A stretch of DNA of 63,899 nt. Source: Emiliania huxleyi CCMP1516 (lineage: Eukaryota). The stretch is from assembly GCF_000372725.1 (NCBI RefSeq), contig NW_005201176.1, positions 124,102-188,000 of the forward strand, in the 5' to 3' direction. The notes under the pieces were generated by a model, which saw only the letters and a list, made by a program, of their open reading frames with translations, searched no databases and was not told where the DNA came from. The position numbers were made by a program, and so were the translations under genes. Shown in pieces: positions 62,381 to 63,899 of the stretch (position 1 is its first letter; every line of letters starts with the position of its first letter).

Positions 62381-63899
62381 TCAATCAGTCGTAGAGCTCC
62401 AGATGAGGTCACGGTCATGGCCGCACCCTGTGCCACGAGTGCAGCTGCCTGCTATCTCATCCTGGGTGCAGAGGCGAGCGCCGGCATCGGCACAAATTGC
62501 CGTTGCCTCCAAGAACGTCTTGGAGTGGGCGCACTCGCCCATCTCTGGCCCCTGAGAATCACTCCACACCGAGCAACCCTGATTCCGGCGCCACGAATTG
62601 GAGAGCCGCGTCTCGGAGCAACAGCGAACCTCATGCAACTCTGTATGCGCTGCAAACTTCGCTGCCTCCGTGCACCGACCGGGCCTGCCGCATTCGATCC
62701 AATTCTGCGGTGGAGGCGGCGACGGCGACGGCGACGGCGGAGGCGGCGACGGGATTGGGGAAGCGAAGGGTGGCGCCAGGGGGGAGTGGTCGAGGAGATC
62801 AGAAATGAGAATGCACTCGACGCCATTGAAAACTTCGACGGCAAAGTCGCAGGCATCGCATGGCAAGAGCCCAGGCGGAGCGACCGGACCCGGCGACGGC
62901 GTAGGCGACGGCGGGGGCACTGGCAACGGCGACGGCACCGGCGAGGGCGACGGCACTGGCGACGGCGCTGGCGAGGGAGAGGGAGACGGCGCCGGCGAGG
63001 GCGACGCGCCCGAGGCGTAGGTGGCGGTCACTGTGGCGGCGCCTGTGAGGCCATTGTACCCGGCCAGGACGATGTAGTACTGCGTGTCCGCCTCGGGCAC
63101 AAAGTCGTCGATGAAGGAGCTGTAGGCGACGTTGCACGAGCCGGAGTCGCCGTCGCACGCCACCATCTCGAGACTGTCGCAGGAGCCCTTGAAGATGGAG
63201 AGGTCCGTGTCGAAGCCGCAGGCGGTCAGGTCGAGCGACACGCCTGGCCGCACGTCGTCGAGCTTGAGCCAGTAGACGGCGCCGCTGCCGGTGAACCACG
63301 TGCCCGAGCAGAGCGAGGGATCGTAGCCGGGCGGGCCGACACCGACCGAGGTGTCGGAGATGTCCAGCGAGAAGGTGTTGGTCGAGGAGTCGCCAAAGGA
63401 GTGCGCCAGCTCGCACGAGCTGCCCGGGTTCGGCGGCGAGGGCGGCGGCGAGGGCGGCGTCGGTGGCGCAGGGCTTGATGCCTGGAGGCACTCCGATAGA
63501 GCCGCGTCGTCGAGGTCGTTGAACAGCAGCTCATTGACAGTGTTGGAGGGGAGGCCGCTGATGGTGTCTGGAGTGGCAAAGCATAGCAGAGACGTTGTGA
63601 CCTGGCCCGGGCCAAAGTTCGGCCGCAGCGCGCGGATCTGCGCCGCAACTCCCGCGACGTGCGGGCACGCCATGCTGGTTCCGGAGATAGTGGTGGTGTC
63701 CGAGTCAGAGCCGACCCACGCCGCCGTGATGCCGGAGCCAGGCGCATGGATGTCGACGCACGTGCCGTGGTTCGAGAAGCCCGACTTGGCGTCGCTGTTG
63801 GTTGTCGATCCCACGGTGACTGCGAGTGGTGTAGAGGCGGGAGAGTAGTCGCACGCATCGGCGTTGGAGTTGCCGGCTGCGACGACACTCAGGACACCC
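62381..63899 (-). CDS. Subtilisin-like S8 serine protease (5' end outside window) with PS-rich linkers and Cys-rich C-terminal domain
   Basis: Motifs VVAAGNSN, FSNHGTCVDIHAPG, SGTSMACPHVAG. C-terminal HEVRCC..C..GARLCT..CTRGTGCGHD..W. Confidence 0.9.
   Translation of the reverse strand, partial: GVLSVVAAGNSNADACDYSPASTPLAVTVGSTTNSDAKSGFSNHGTCVDIHAPGSGITAAWVGSDSDTTTISGTSMACPHVAGVAAQIRALRPNFGPGQVTTSLLCFATPDTISGLPSNTVNELLFNDLDDAALSECLQASSPAPPTPPSPPPSPPNPGSSCELAHSFGDSSTNTFSLDISDTSVGVGPPGYDPSLCSGTWFTGSGAVYWLKLDDVRPGVSLDLTACGFDTDLSIFKGSCDSLEMVACDGDSGSCNVAYSSFIDDFVPEADTQYYIVLAGYNGLTGAATVTATYASGASPSPAPSPSPSPAPSPVPSPSPVPSPLPVPPPSPTPSPGPVAPPGLLPCDACDFAVEVFNGVECILISDLLDHSPLAPPFASPIPSPPPPSPSPSPPPPQNWIECGRPGRCTEAAKFAAHTELHEVRCCSETRLSNSWRRNQGCSVWSDSQGPEMGECAHSKTFLEATAICADAGARLCTQDEIAGSCTRGTGCGHDRDLIWSSTTD

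Overview
High-GC eukaryotic genomic DNA with intron-rich genes, frequent GC-type donors, microsatellites and 10-11-bp intronic satellites. The style fits a haptophyte such as Emiliania (Gephyrocapsa) huxleyi, but this is inferred, not verified. About 20 protein genes or gene remnants are recognisable: RraA/HMG-aldolase-like, a permuted papain-like His...Cys protein, a GT32 remnant, DCP1, a C2H2 + SF1 helicase, a SAM methyltransferase, a sulfotransferase-like fragment, a CrtI-type desaturase, a secreted LRR protein, a SHIPPO-repeat/calflagin-like EF-hand fusion, a Rossmann-type unknown, U2AF large subunit, LSM6, SGNH-like, a NarK-type transporter, NDUFV2, F-box/RCC1, an AGC kinase and a subtilisin. 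The mobile fraction includes two hAT-type non-autonomous elements (8-bp TSDs), a TA-target MITE whose empty site is in the window, an internally deleted APE/RNase H LINE and several LINE 3' stubs. The most notable observations are three. (1) A (CTTAC)n-tailed short retro-like element sits sense-oriented at the 3' splice site of four introns, in two cases followed by a TSD-like copy of the exon end, so it is a candidate retro-type intron generator. (2) A decayed SET-domain ORF with transposon-like composition lies just upstream of the most complete copy of that element. (3) Several introns appear to be built from duplicated exon ends. Exon boundaries were read by eye and outer gene coordinates include introns.
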